A DNA stretch of 64,000 nucleotides from Malacoraja senta (Eukaryota): contig JAXLNO010006092.1 in the NCBI GenBank assembly GCA_038087875.1, positions 124,001 through 188,000 on the forward strand, written 5' to 3'. A program made the position numbers and the translations under genes. Under the pieces are notes generated by a model. That model saw nothing but the letters and a program-made list of their open reading frames with translations. It was not told the DNA's origin and searched no databases. Below, piece by piece: positions 1-10,754 of this stretch (position 1 is the stretch's first letter; each line of letters starts with the position of its first letter).

Positions 1-110
1 AAAGGATTTCCCCCTTATCCTTAAGCTGTGACCCCTTGTCCTGGACTTCCCCAACATCGGGAACAATCTTCCTGCATCTAGCCTGTCCAACCCCATAAGA
101 ATCTTGTACA
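1..110 (-). mobile_element. CR1-like LINE 3' RT fragment (cut by window edge)
   Basis: Reverse complement matches the LDRLDAGRLFPMLGKSRTRGHSLRIRGKSF segment of the CR1 copies at 13262-14032 and 34555-36092. Confidence 0.85.
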
Positions 111-462
111 GGTTCCTGCACACCTTTGGAATGTGGAAGGAAACAAGAGCACCCGAAGAAAACCCATGCGATCAAAGTGAAAAGGAGCAAACTCCAAACA
201 GACAACACCCATATTCAGGATCAATTCCAGGTCTCTGGCACTTTTAGGCAGCAACCTTATGGCCAATGTACAGCCCCATTGTCTTGAACTTAATTAAAAC
301 GCCAAGTGTAGCATTTCCTGCAGTTGCAATGGAAAGTGCCAGGAGAGGGGGTGGTTTGGGTGGGAAGGGACGAATTGACCAGGGAGTTATGGAGGGAGCG
401 GTCTCTATGGAAAGCCAACAGGGGAGGAGATGGGAAGATGTGGCCAGTTGTGGGATCCCATT

Positions 463-921
463 GGTAGACAAAAAAGCTGTAGAAAATCAGCGGGTGAGGC
501 AGCACCTGTGGAGCGAAGGAATAGACGATGTTTCGGGTCGAGACCCTTCTTCAGATTGATGTCGGGGGGGGGGGGGGGGAATGACATGAAAAATAAAGGA
601 AGAGACGGAGACAGTAGGCTGTGGGAGAGCTGGGAATGGGAGGGGAAGGAGGGAGAAAGCAAGGACTACCTGAAATTAGAGAAGCCTATGTGCATAGCGC
701 TGGGGTGTAAACTACCCAAGCAAATATGAGGTGCTGCCCCTCCAATATGCGGTGGGCCTCACTCTGGCCATGGAGGAGGCCCAGGACAGAAAGGTCAGAT
801 TCGGAATGGGAGGGGGAGTTGAAGTGCTGAGCCACCGGGAGATCAGGTTGGTTATTGCGAACTGAGTGGAGGTGTTGTGCGAAGCAATCGCCAAGCCTGC
901 ACTTGGTCTCACCGAGGTTGA
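463..921 (-). mobile_element. Penelope-like element 3' fragment (GIY-YIG endonuclease end plus terminal repeat)
   Basis: ORF 686-985 contains GETKCRLGDCFAQHL..HFNSPSH..LILEGQHLI-like GIY-YIG motifs typical of Penelope-like elements. It is followed by the CTGAAGAAGGGTCTCGACCCGAAAC terminal repeat at about 527-554. Confidence 0.8.
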
Positions 922-1619
922 TCATATGCTGAATAATCCAACCACATTTTTTTTTGGAAGTGGAAAGAAATAATAGAAATTGCATTCATTGCAACGTGTA
1001 AAAAGAGTTAAGATACAGTATTATAATTGTGCTGCATGTCATTGTGGTATATATCATGTCCTGATTGGTGAATATGTTTAGTTTGTGGCTTTATTTGAAG
1101 CAGAAATAATATGTGAATGCTTCATTGAGCATAATTCTGACTGGTCGTCCGAGCACATTATCGCACGTGTCATGCAAGCCATCTTAAATAACCACCTAAA
1201 CTGTCATTTGGCAACTTAAAAAGCTACCAAGGTTGCCCGGCTGACAACAGAGAAAAGAAATTAAGTGAGAGCCCTGCAAGGTGTATAATATTTTTGACAC
1301 TGTCATAGGCCTTTCTTACATATGCTGTCACAACGCACTGTAGTCTCTAAACAACACTTCAGTAATTTTCCTTGCCCTCCATTTCAGAATAATAGTGTTT
1401 TAAGCCAATAACTCGACACTAGCAGTGGCAATAAATAAATAAATAAAGCCCAGCTTTCCAGCCCCTTATCTCATTGGCCACGCTCGGCTGCAAATCGGTG
1501 TCAATCTGGTGGACCATCTTCCTCTGGTCGTGGGGGTGGGGGATTGGGGGGGGGCCTCACAAGTGGAACAGCTTAGGGCCTCTCTTCATCTAAATCCGGC
1601 ACTGCTGGTAGGTTTCAAT

Positions 1620-2050
1620 GAGATTCCCACCTCATCCTTCTAAATCCCATGAGCACAGGCACAGAGACTTCAAACACTCCTCATACGTTAAATCAATCAT
1701 CCCCAGGACATACATCCTCTCGACCCTCTCCAAAGCCAGCACATCCTTTCTAATATGGAGCCCAAAACTGCTCACAATATTCCAAATGTGTCTTCACCAG
1801 TGCCCGATAAATCCTCAGCATTATATCATTGTTTTTATATTCTACGCCCCCCGAAATGAATGCTGGCATTGCATTTGCCTTACTTACCACTGACTCAATC
1901 TGCAAATGAACTATTTGGGAATCCTGCACTAGTACTCCCACTTTGTAGCTCAGGTTTCTCAATTCTCTCCCCATTTAGAAAATAGTCTATGTCTTTATTC
2001 CGACTGCCAAAATGTAAAACCAGACACTTGCTACACTGTATTCCATTTGG
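1620..2050 (-). mobile_element. Degenerate CR1-like RT fragment
   Basis: ORFs 1750-1974 and 1895-2107 give YRALVKTHLEYCEQFWAPY and KCLVLHFGSRNK, broken by stops and frameshifts. Confidence 0.75.
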
Positions 2051-2059
2051 CTCTGCTTT

Positions 2060-2705
2060 GCCCACTCGGTGGAACTGCTGCCTTACAGCGCCAGAGACCC
2101 GGTTCAATTCTGACTACGGGTCCCGTCTGTACAGAGTTTTGTACCTTCTCCCCGGGACTTGCGTGGGTTTTGCCTGGATCTCCGGTTTCCTCACTCAGTC
2201 CAAAGACATACAGGTTTGTAGGTTAATTGGCTTGGTATAATTGTAAATTGTCCCCTAATAAGTAAGATAATGTAAGTGTGCAGGGATCGCTGGTTGACGC
2301 AGACTCGGTGGGCTGAAGGGCCGGTTTCTGCGCTGTATCTCTTAAACTAAAACCACATTCCATTGACTATCAATAATTATGAGCAATTAGATAACCACAA
2401 ATTAATAATGGGTGGCACAGTGGCGTAGCGGTAGAGCTGCTGCCTTACTGCACCAGAGACCTGGGTTTGATCCTGACTACAGGTGCTGTCTGCAAGGACA
2501 TTGTATGTTCTCCCTGTGACTGCGTGGGTTTCCTCCCACACTACAAAGACATACAGGTTTGTAGGTTACTTGGCTTAGGTAAAATTGTAAATTGTCCGTA
2601 CTGTGTAGGTTAGTGTAAATGTATGGGTTGATCACTATTCAGCGAGGACTCAGTGAGCTGAGGGGCCTGTATCTGCAGCATATCTCTAAAGCCTAAAGCC
2701 TAAAT
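2060..2705 (+). mobile_element. Two adjacent tRNA-derived V-SINE (HE1-like) copies, about 2060-2352 and 2410-2705
   Basis: tRNA-like head (GGCACAGTGGCGTAGCGGTAG ... GGTTTGATCC), V-domain-like core GTTTGTATGTTCTCCCTGTGACTGCGTGGG, CR1-like tail GGGCTGAAGGGCC..TTTC and (CTAAA)n end. Confidence 0.8.
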
Positions 2706-2798
2706 CCACAGCTTAGTTAAGAGTGTGAGTTGAGACTGTTATCTCAGTCCAGGAGGTTTATGGTCTCAAGTGATCAGCCTCATTGACTTGCCACTTAC

Positions 2799-3071
2799 CC
2801 TGTGGAACATTGACTCCCTGCAGCAGAGTTGCATGTTCGATGTAACAGGAGAATTTTGCCACATCTTCTCTATTCAGTTGAATTGTATTCTTCAGCTGGT
2901 AAGTCCCATCCCAATTGGGCAACAGATCACTGGATTCAGACTCATGGACCCCCTCACCATCTCTCAGCCACGTTACATCAATGGCCCGTGGCTAGAAGCC
3001 TGTGACAAGGCAGGAGAGTCTCAGTGATTGCGACCCATCACGTTTAATCCCAATAAACACCTCAGGGGTTT
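2799..3071 (-). pseudogene. MHC class I-like alpha3 (C1-set Ig) exon with premature TAG at 2992-2994
   Basis: Manual translation: ETPEVFIGIKRDGSQSLRLSCLVTGF*PRAIDVTWLRDGEGVHESESSDLLPNWDGTYQLKNTIQLNREDVAKFSCYIEHATLLQGVNVPQ. Acceptor CTTACACTTGCAG, donor G|GTAAGT. The C..GF(Y)P..W..LPNxDGTYQ..CxxxH pattern is canonical. Confidence 0.92.
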
Positions 3072-3884
3072 CTGCAAGTGTAAGAAGAGTCAGAATCAGT
3101 GAAGACATGAACAAAAGCCTTCAATTGTAAGATCACTGCAACTCACCACTTTCCCAATCAGAGTTTTTTCTCTGGCTGAACTAAGTTTTCAGCCTAGACC
3201 CAAAATGCTGGAATAACTCAGCAGGTCAGGCAGCATTCTGGAGAGAAGGAATGCCCAGAGATGCTATCTGACCCACTGAGTTACACCAACATCTTCTATC
3301 TTCAGTGTAAACCATCATCTGCAGTTCTATCTTGCACAAAGTTTACAGCCTTTTCTCTTTTCATTTTGCATTTCTGGCAAAACAACAAAACATTTAGCTT
3401 TAATATCACTGACATGCTCCTTATCTTAGCTCCAGACTTTAACTGACAGCACAGATGAAAGGGGAATGCAGGCCCAATGGAGGAGTATAACTCACCATTG
3501 GGATTGATACTGTAGACATGATTGCTTCTACCTGTTCATGAATCTCTGCTGAATAATAACACTAAATATTCCAAGAGGGAATGGGAGGAAGAAGTTCTTC
3601 AAATAGAGAACTGTTGGAAATTGAATGTCACCATCCCAAGGAGTAATAGAGGCAAATAGAGAATCTGATTGAGTTTCTGATCAGTTCAGCAACAGACCCT
3701 TCAGGCCACAAGGTCGGTGCTAAACATAAGACCAAGATACATATTCCTCCATTTCCTGAATATCTATATGACTGTGGATAAAGGACACTGGTACAATATT
3801 TATCTTTCACTTGCACTTCCTACCCACTGGTTCCATCTAAGAGGCACGTTGCCAGACAATTTACTGATACCCACGTTGTAGAAC

Positions 3885-4180
3885 AGGGTGGCGAAGCGAT
3901 CGAGCTACTGCCTTACAGCGCCAGAGACCTGGGTTTGTTACTAACTACGGGTGCTTGTCTTTACACAGTTTGTACGTTCTCCCTGTGACCTGCGTGGGTT
4001 TTATCCGAGATCTTCGGTTTCCCCTCACACTCGAAAGACGTACAAATTTGTAGGTTAATTGAATTGGTATAAATGCAAATTGTCCCTAGTGTGTGTAGGA
4101 TAGTGTTAGTGTGCGGGCATGGCTGCTCGGTGCGGTGTCGGTGGGTTTCCGCGCTGTATCACTAAACTAAACTAAATAAT
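3885..4180 (+). mobile_element. V-SINE (HE1-like) in the alpha2-alpha3 intron
   Basis: Same head, core and (CTAAA)n tail as the copies at 2060-2705. Confidence 0.8.
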
Positions 4181-4275
4181 TACTCAAGTGACAGCCTGAC
4201 GTGCATGATATTTCCCACCTGATCTATCCAGAGGATATCCTCTGGCCCATCAGTCAGAGTGCCTACGTCGTGTAC

Positions 4276-4551
4276 CTCTCCTCTGTAGTGCTTCTTGTCC
4301 ACACTCCAGATATATCCGCAGCCACTTCACACAGTCCTTCTCCAGGAGATCTTTGAAATACTTGTTCATGAAGGTGTTGACATTCCACCGATCTGCTAGC
4401 ATCTGGAAATCTGGACGTAGTGCAATCCAGAACATTCTGTCCTTGTCAAAAGCACAGGCATCCTCCCCATCATAACCCAGTCTGACAAACCCATCAGTGG
4501 AATTGTCACTGTCCACTTCACAGCCGCAGAAACCCTGCACAAAGCAAACAG
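4276..4551 (-). CDS. MHC class I-like alpha2 exon (276 nt)
   Basis: TVCFVQGFCGCEVDSDNSTDGFVRLGYDGEDACAFDKDRMFWIALRPDFQMLADRWNVNTFMNKYFKDLLEKDCVKWLRIYLECGQEALQRR. It has QxxxGC, YDGED, W133, W147 and CxxWLxxYLExG motifs; acceptor CCCCAG, donor G|GTACAC. Confidence 0.93.
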
Positions 4552-5379
4552 CTGGGGCTGAGGTAGGGGTGGAGGATTTGGGTTGGGGTGAGTGGATGGA
4601 AGGGAGAGGCAATTTACAAATCAGTTCTCAGCATGGTACAAACAGGCATAACAGAACACAACATAGAGCTGTACAGCACAGGAGCAGGTTTAGCTCAGAG
4701 ATACAGCGCGGAAACAGGCCCTTCGGCCCACCGAGTCCGCACTGACCAGTGGTCCCCGCATATTAACACTATCCTACACAGACTACTTTTCTTTCCAGCT
4801 TTCTCCACCCTACTCCATCACTCTAAATGGTCCTGGTCTCATATGTTTTCTGTCCATTTGTCCACAGCATGCTGCCTGACTCGTTGAGTTCCTCCTGTTT
4901 GTTTTAAATTCAGATTGGCAGCATCTGCAGTTTGCTGTGACTCCATCTTAGCACAATGGATGATCAATGTGGATTCAGTGAGCAGAAGGGCCGGTTTCCA
5001 TGATGTGTGACTCAATGACCCATGGTCTATATACTGAGGGCATGGACTAACCTCAAGTGTTGAGGGGGGAAGCTTTACTGTTGCGGATGTAACACTAAAG
5101 GAGTTTTGCTGTGTCAGAAGGGTAGAACTCAGATTCTGCACTTTCGTACATAAAGAACAGAGGAAGGAGTGCATTGTCAGATGGGCAATGTTATACAGTG
5201 AACAGGTCAGTCTCAAGGTTAAGGCAATGCAGATGGGTAGTACATCAAGGCTGTTGCACTGTGTGGGATTGCTACACTCTCTGTGGATTGTTGCCAGTAT
5301 TGAGGGAATGCTGGATTAACAGAATATTATTGTTGAGGGAATACATCATAGTCACCATCAACCAGCTTAATCAAGGTCC

Positions 5380-6240
5380 CATCTCTAGGTGATCAGGCTA
5401 TAAATAAACTATGGTTTCTCCCTCATTCTAGCCCAATAAAACAGATGATCCAATCCATCCACTTTTTACTGGTGTTAAATATCAAATGCTTAACCCATAA
5501 AGAGACTATCACCAGCCAACTGTTATCAATGGGTGTTCAGCAGTTAGGACACATTAAATATAGACGATGGGCCGTGTCTCTATCAAAATGTGATGGAGTA
5601 AATGTCTGAAACAGCATCAATGGTGCTGAAGTGAAAAAGGTTGAGAGTTTCTGGTTCCCCTACTGCCTCAGGAGACTAAGGAAATGCGGCATCTCCAATG
5701 ACTCTTACAAACTTCTACAAATGTGCCATAGAAAGCACACTGACAGGTTGCATCACAACTTAGTTTGGAAAGAGTTCTGCCCAATACCGCTGGAAATTGC
5801 AGAGAGGTGGAGATGTAGCACAGTCGATCACACAAACATGATTCCCCACCAGTGAATCCATCTATATTTCAACTGGTTCAGGAAAGCAGACAACATAATC
5901 AAAGATTCATCCCGCTCTGGTCATTCCTTCTTCTTCCTGCAGAAGGTACGTAAGCATTAAAGCGTGCACCACCAGACTCAGTAACTGTTTCCTCCCCTAT
6001 GTTGTCTGGTTTATGAACAGTCCTCCCTTATGCTAGGGTTCACCTCAACCCCATTGTAGACACTGGACTTTGTCTCTGGCACTGGTGCCTTACAATGCTG
6101 AGAACTACATTCTGCACTCTTTGCTCTTCCTATTGTACGAGTTTGGTTTGATTGTATTTATGAATAGTTTTCTTTGATGTGATTGACTAACATGCAAAAA
6201 AAGTGTATCAGAGAATCATGTGACAGCAACAAAACTAAAA
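5380..6240 (+). mobile_element. Degenerate Rex1/Babar-like LINE 3' fragment
   Basis: Broken frames give VKKVESF..YCLRRLRKCGIS..NFYKCAIESTLTGCI-like peptides resembling the clearer Rex1-like copies at 41815-42910 and 51655-52775. Confidence 0.6.
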
Positions 6241-6297
6241 CAAAATCCATCTGTGTCATCACTGAGTGTCTACCCCAGGTCCGGTCACGACACTTAC

Positions 6298-6558
6298 TCG
6301 AGATACCATGTTGCTGTTGGTAGACTATCTCAGCATTTCCTCTGACAATCCCATGAAAACCTGCAACTGTGATGGCCATTGAATCCCATTGATCCTGCGG
6401 GAAAGACTGGGCCATCCATCGCTGTCTGGGAATAGCCAGCTCTAGTGTGCTTTCAAAATATGCTATCTGGAGGTCATCCAGCCTTGCTACCATACTGTAC
6501 TCAGGCAGCTCACTCAATCCATGGTTCAACAGGTAGTAAGATGCAAGATGGTGTAAAT
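6298..6558 (-). CDS. MHC class I-like alpha1 exon (261 nt)
   Basis: DLHHLASYYLLNHGLSELPEYSMVARLDDLQIAYFESTLELAIPRQRWMAQSFPQDQWDSMAITVAGFHGIVRGNAEIVYQQQHGIS. It has GLxxLPEY, LDDxQIxYF, PRQxWM and xWD motifs; acceptor TTTATGCATTGCAG, donor A|GTAAGT. Confidence 0.9.
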
Positions 6559-6744
6559 CTGCAATGCATAAACAATAATAAATGATTGTATCATTCACTG
6601 AAAATAACTAAGAGTTATTAAACTGATAACAATACAAGAACTTTGAATAAGGGAGTCACAAGGACCTGCAGATGCAAGTGCTGGAGGAACTCAGTGGGGC
6701 AGGCAGCATCAATGATCAGGTGACAATTTGTGTCAGAAGCCTTT

Positions 6745-7055
6745 AGTTTACTTTTTAGCTTAGAGATACAGCATGGAAACAGGCCCTTCGGGCCACTGAG
6801 TCCACACTGACCAGCAACCCCCACACTCTAACACTATCCTACACACACAAGGGCAATTTACATTCTACGCCAAGCCAATTAAACTACAAACCTGTACGTC
6901 TTTGGAATGTGGGAAGAATCTGAAGATCTCAGGAAAAACCCACACGGTCAGGTGGAGAATGTACAAACTCCATACAGACAGGACCCGTAGTCAGGATCCA
7001 ACCTGGGCATTGGTGCTGTAAGGGCGATAAGGCAGCATCTCTAATGCTGCACCAC
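6745..7055 (-). mobile_element. V-SINE (HE1-like)
   Basis: Reverse complement of the family seen at 2410-2705 and 3885-4180. Confidence 0.75.
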
Positions 7056-7650
7056 TGAGCCTTCTTCAAGTGTTGGCTAGATGGGCTCTGATACCTATTC
7101 CACCAATTGTGGTCGAGGTATTGAATGATCCTATTGGATTGCTTCCCATCTTCAAAGATCTATTATTATCTATCATGTCGATATAGTCTACTAGTTACAA
7201 GATTCCAAAATTCAAAGAATATTTTATTATATTAAGAAAATGGACAACGTCAAGGAGATTTTATAAAATCATAGAGAGGTAAAGTCAAAGAGTCATACAG
7301 CAGGGAATCAGGGCCTACGGCTGCATGGCCTAATTCAATCATGGCTGCTCTATCTCGCCCTCTCAACCACATTCCCTGCTTTCGCCCCATAACCCTTGAC
7401 ACCCATACTGATCAAGAATCTGTCAATATCCACCTGAGAAATATCCATTGACGTGGGCTCCACGGCTGTCTGAGGAGGCCCATATCCTTCTAAACCTATC
7501 TATCCATGTACCAGATTAAATGTTTCTTAAATGTTGCGATAGTACCTGCCTGAACTCCCTTCTCCGGCAGTTCATTCAGTACTCCCACCACAGCTATGCC
7601 TCTATTAAATCTTTCCCCCCTCATTTTAAACTTATGTATTCATTTTTTGC

Positions 7651-9171
7651 CCATTTTGGTTTCACCATGTAGAAATTACACCTGTGTTTATACATAGTCC
7701 CCCCATTTCAGGGCACCATAATGTTTGGGACATGGCTTCGCAGATGTATGTAATTGCTCAGGGGTATTTAAATGCCTCCTTAATGCAGGTATAAGAGAAC
7801 TCAGCATCTAGTCTTTCCTCCAGTCTTTCCATCACCTTTGGAAACGTTTATTGCTGTTCATCAACAGGAGGACCAGAGTTGTGCCAATGAAAGTAAAAGA
7901 GACCATTATGAGACTGAGAAACAAGAATAAAACTGTTCGAGACATCAGCCAAACCTTAGGCTTACCAAAATCAAACTGTTTGGAACATCATTAAGAAGAA
8001 AGAGAGCACTGTGAGCTTACTAATCGCAAAGGGACTGGCTGGCCAAGGAACACCTCCACAGCTGATGACAGAAGACTTCTCTCTATAATAAAGACAAAAC
8101 CCCAATCCTTTACTAATCGCAAAGGGACTGACAGGTCAGAAACACTCATCAGGAGTCAGGTGTGGATTTGCCAATGACCACTGTCCGCAGAAGACTTCAT
8201 GAACAGAAATACAGAGACTGCACTGCAAGATGCAAACCACTGTTTAGCCGCAAAAACAGGATGGCCGGGTTACAGTTTGCCAAGAAGTACTTAAAAGAGC
8301 AACCACAGTTCTGGAAAAAGGTCTTCTGGACAGATGATACAAAGATTAACTTATATCGGAGTGATGCCAAGAGCAAAGTATGGAGGAGAGAAGGAACTGC
8401 CCTAGATCCAAAGCATACCACCTCATCTGTGAAACACGGTGGTGGGGGTGTTGTGGGCTGGGCATGTATGGCTGCTGAAGGTACTGGCTAACTTAGCTTT
8501 GTTGACCATTCAGCTACTGATGGTAGTAGCATAATGAATTCTGAAGTGTATAGACACATCCTATATGTTCAAGTTCAAACACATTCGCCTCAAAACACAT
8601 TACCCAGCGGTTCATACTACAGCAAGTCAATGATCCCTAAAGCAACAAAGGAGTTTTTCAAAGCTAAAAAATTGTTAATTCTTGAGTGGCCAATTCAATC
8701 ACCCGATCTGAACGCAACTGAGCATGCCTTTGATATGCCAAAGAGAAAACTGAATGGGGACTAGCCCCCAAAACAAGCACAGGCTGCAATACAGGCCTGG
8801 CAGAGCATCGCCAGAGAAGTCACCCAGCAACTGGCGATATCCATGAATCACAGACTTCAAGCAGTCATTGCATGCATAGGATATGCAACAAAATACTAAA
8901 CATGGCTACTTTCATTTACATGACATTGCTGTGTCCCAAACATTATGGTGCCCTAAAATGGGGCAGACTATGTATTTTGTGACTATGTAAATTGACTGCT
9001 GTAATTTCTACATGGTGAAACAAAAATGTTTAAAAAATTGCCTTTTTTAAAATCTGACAATGTGCACTTTAACCACATGTGATTTTTTTCTATTACAAAT
9101 CTCAAATTATGGAGTACAGAGGCAAATAAATATATGATGGGTCTTTGTCCGAAACATTATGGAGGTCACAG
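7651..9171 (+). mobile_element. Defective Tc1-like DNA transposon with long inverted repeats (left TIR truncated)
   Basis: Transposase fragments contain KVFWTDDTKINL, SSVKHGGGGVVGWACMAA and SPDLNATEH. The inner TIR at 7651-7730 (CATTTTGGTTTCACCATGTAGAAATTAC..GGGCACCATAATGTTTGGG) is inverted at about 8935-9030. The right end is followed by TA. Confidence 0.88.
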
Positions 9172-9544
9172 TATGTACGATCAATTCACACTGGCCAATT
9201 TACCTCTCAGCCTCTCATCTTTGGAATATTGGGAGAAACTGGAATAACCAGAGGAAGCACACATGCTTTCAGGGAAAGAATAAAAGTGCCACACAGGTTG
9301 TAGTAGAGATCGGGATTGAGTCCAGGGCCTCATAGGCACCATCTCTATGAGCTGCAACCCTGAAATGCCCATCTGGTGGGAAATCTCTGCATGGAATGGG
9401 GCACTTCTGACTTATGAGGACATTGGGATTCTGTAACAGTAAGTGTAAAGAAGACCTTACTGATGAGTCCCGACTATCAAGGCTTGGGTGGGGTGGGGGG
9501 TGGGGGTGGGGTCGGAGCAGACTATAATAAACAGGGTCTAAACT

Positions 9545-10090
9545 GAAACTCGACACATACTGGAGTAACTTAGTGGGTCAGGCAGCATCTCCGGAGAAAA
9601 GGAAAAGGTGACGTTTCGGGTCGAGACCCTTCTTCAGACTGAGAATCAGGAGACAGGGAACCAAGCGATATGAAAAGGTACATAGAACAAATTAATAAAA
9701 GATATACCCCCGACTCTGTCTGAAGAAGTGCCTTGACCTGAAACGCCATCTATTCCTTTTCTCCAGCGATGCTGCCTGACTTCCTGATTTACTCCAGCTT
9801 TTTGTGTCTATCTTCGGTGTACACCAGCATCTGCATCACCAGTCTGAAGAAGGGTCTAGACGCGAAACATCACCCATTTCGTCTCTCCAGAGATGCTGCC
9901 TGTCCCGCTGAGTTACTCCAGCTTTTTGTGTCTATCTTCGGTTTAAATCAGCATCTGCAGTTCCTTCTTACACATCTAAACTGATGTCTAAACTGAAACA
10001 TCACCTATCCATGTTCTCCAGACATACTGCCTGACCTGCTGAATTACTCCAGCATTTTATGTGTATTAACCAGCATCTGCATTTTCTTGT
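9545..10090. repeat. Cluster of Penelope-type terminal repeats in both orientations
   Basis: Repeated CTGAAGAAGGGTCT.GAC.CGAAAC ... GATGCTGCCTG.C..GCTGAGTTACTCCAGC units: one on minus (about 9560-9660) and several on plus (about 9715-10085). Confidence 0.7.
9604..9645 (-). ncRNA. Minimal type-I hammerhead ribozyme-like motif
   Basis: Minus strand reads AGT-CUGAAGA-A-GGGU(CUCG)ACCC-GAAA-C-GUC-ACC: conserved core, 4-bp stem II, palindromic ACGU stem III and GUC cleavage triplet. Confidence 0.6.
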
Positions 10091-10754
10091 TTCTACATGA
10101 ATAAGCAGTATTTGTTCTGTGATAAAGTTTCCATGCAGCACACCAGACAGTGTCAAAGTTCAGTGTCAAAGTGAGGTGAGAAGGGGCCCCAAAGGGAGAG
10201 TTAGAAGTGTCTGTTTCAGTGTTACCAGGAGAAACATAAGAAGGCTAGTGGAATACAGTAATGATAAAATCCACGTGACTTCCCAAAACAATCCACAGCC
10301 AAGGATTTTTGTTTTATATGTTATTATTTCAACAGGGGAATCACCATTTTATATTTACTTTCATCTGATAACAATGGGATTAAACTTTCAGGATGAGTAG
10401 GTTTGTAATCTCCAAGCCTTCACGATTGTCAGAATAGTTAGAAAGGAAGCATTGTGTGGGAAGAAATTGCTCATCAGATTCCCATTAAATCTCCCCCCCC
10501 TCAATTTAAACCTATTTCTTCTGGTTCTCGATTCTGTAATCTGTTGAATATGTTGCCCACTTGAAAATTTCCAGATTTAGATTGATATATTTTTGTTCAT
10601 TAAGGGTGTAATGGGTTAGAGCTCAGCCACAATGTCTGTGCCGAACATGATGTCAAGTTAAACTAAACTGCTTGTAGATGATTCATATCCCTCAAGTCCC
10701 TACATATCCACGTGCCTATCCTCAAGCTTCTTAAATCTCATTATCGTCTTCTGG

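Larger units (their letters stand above)
2799..6558 (-). pseudogene. Non-classical MHC class I-like heavy-chain gene (alpha1-alpha2-alpha3 exons); in-frame stop in alpha3; leader and TM exons not securely located
   Basis: Three exons in the correct order and orientation, all phase 1/phase 1 with AG/GT boundaries (261, 276 and 273 nt), encoding recognisable class I alpha1, alpha2 and C1-set Ig domains. Confidence 0.9.

Noticed and set aside
7095-7180. ATG..G|GTATCA phase-1 exon as the MHC leader (MIDNNRSLKMGSNPIGSFNTSTTIGGIG)
   Set aside because: No hydrophobic core, so it is not signal-peptide-like.
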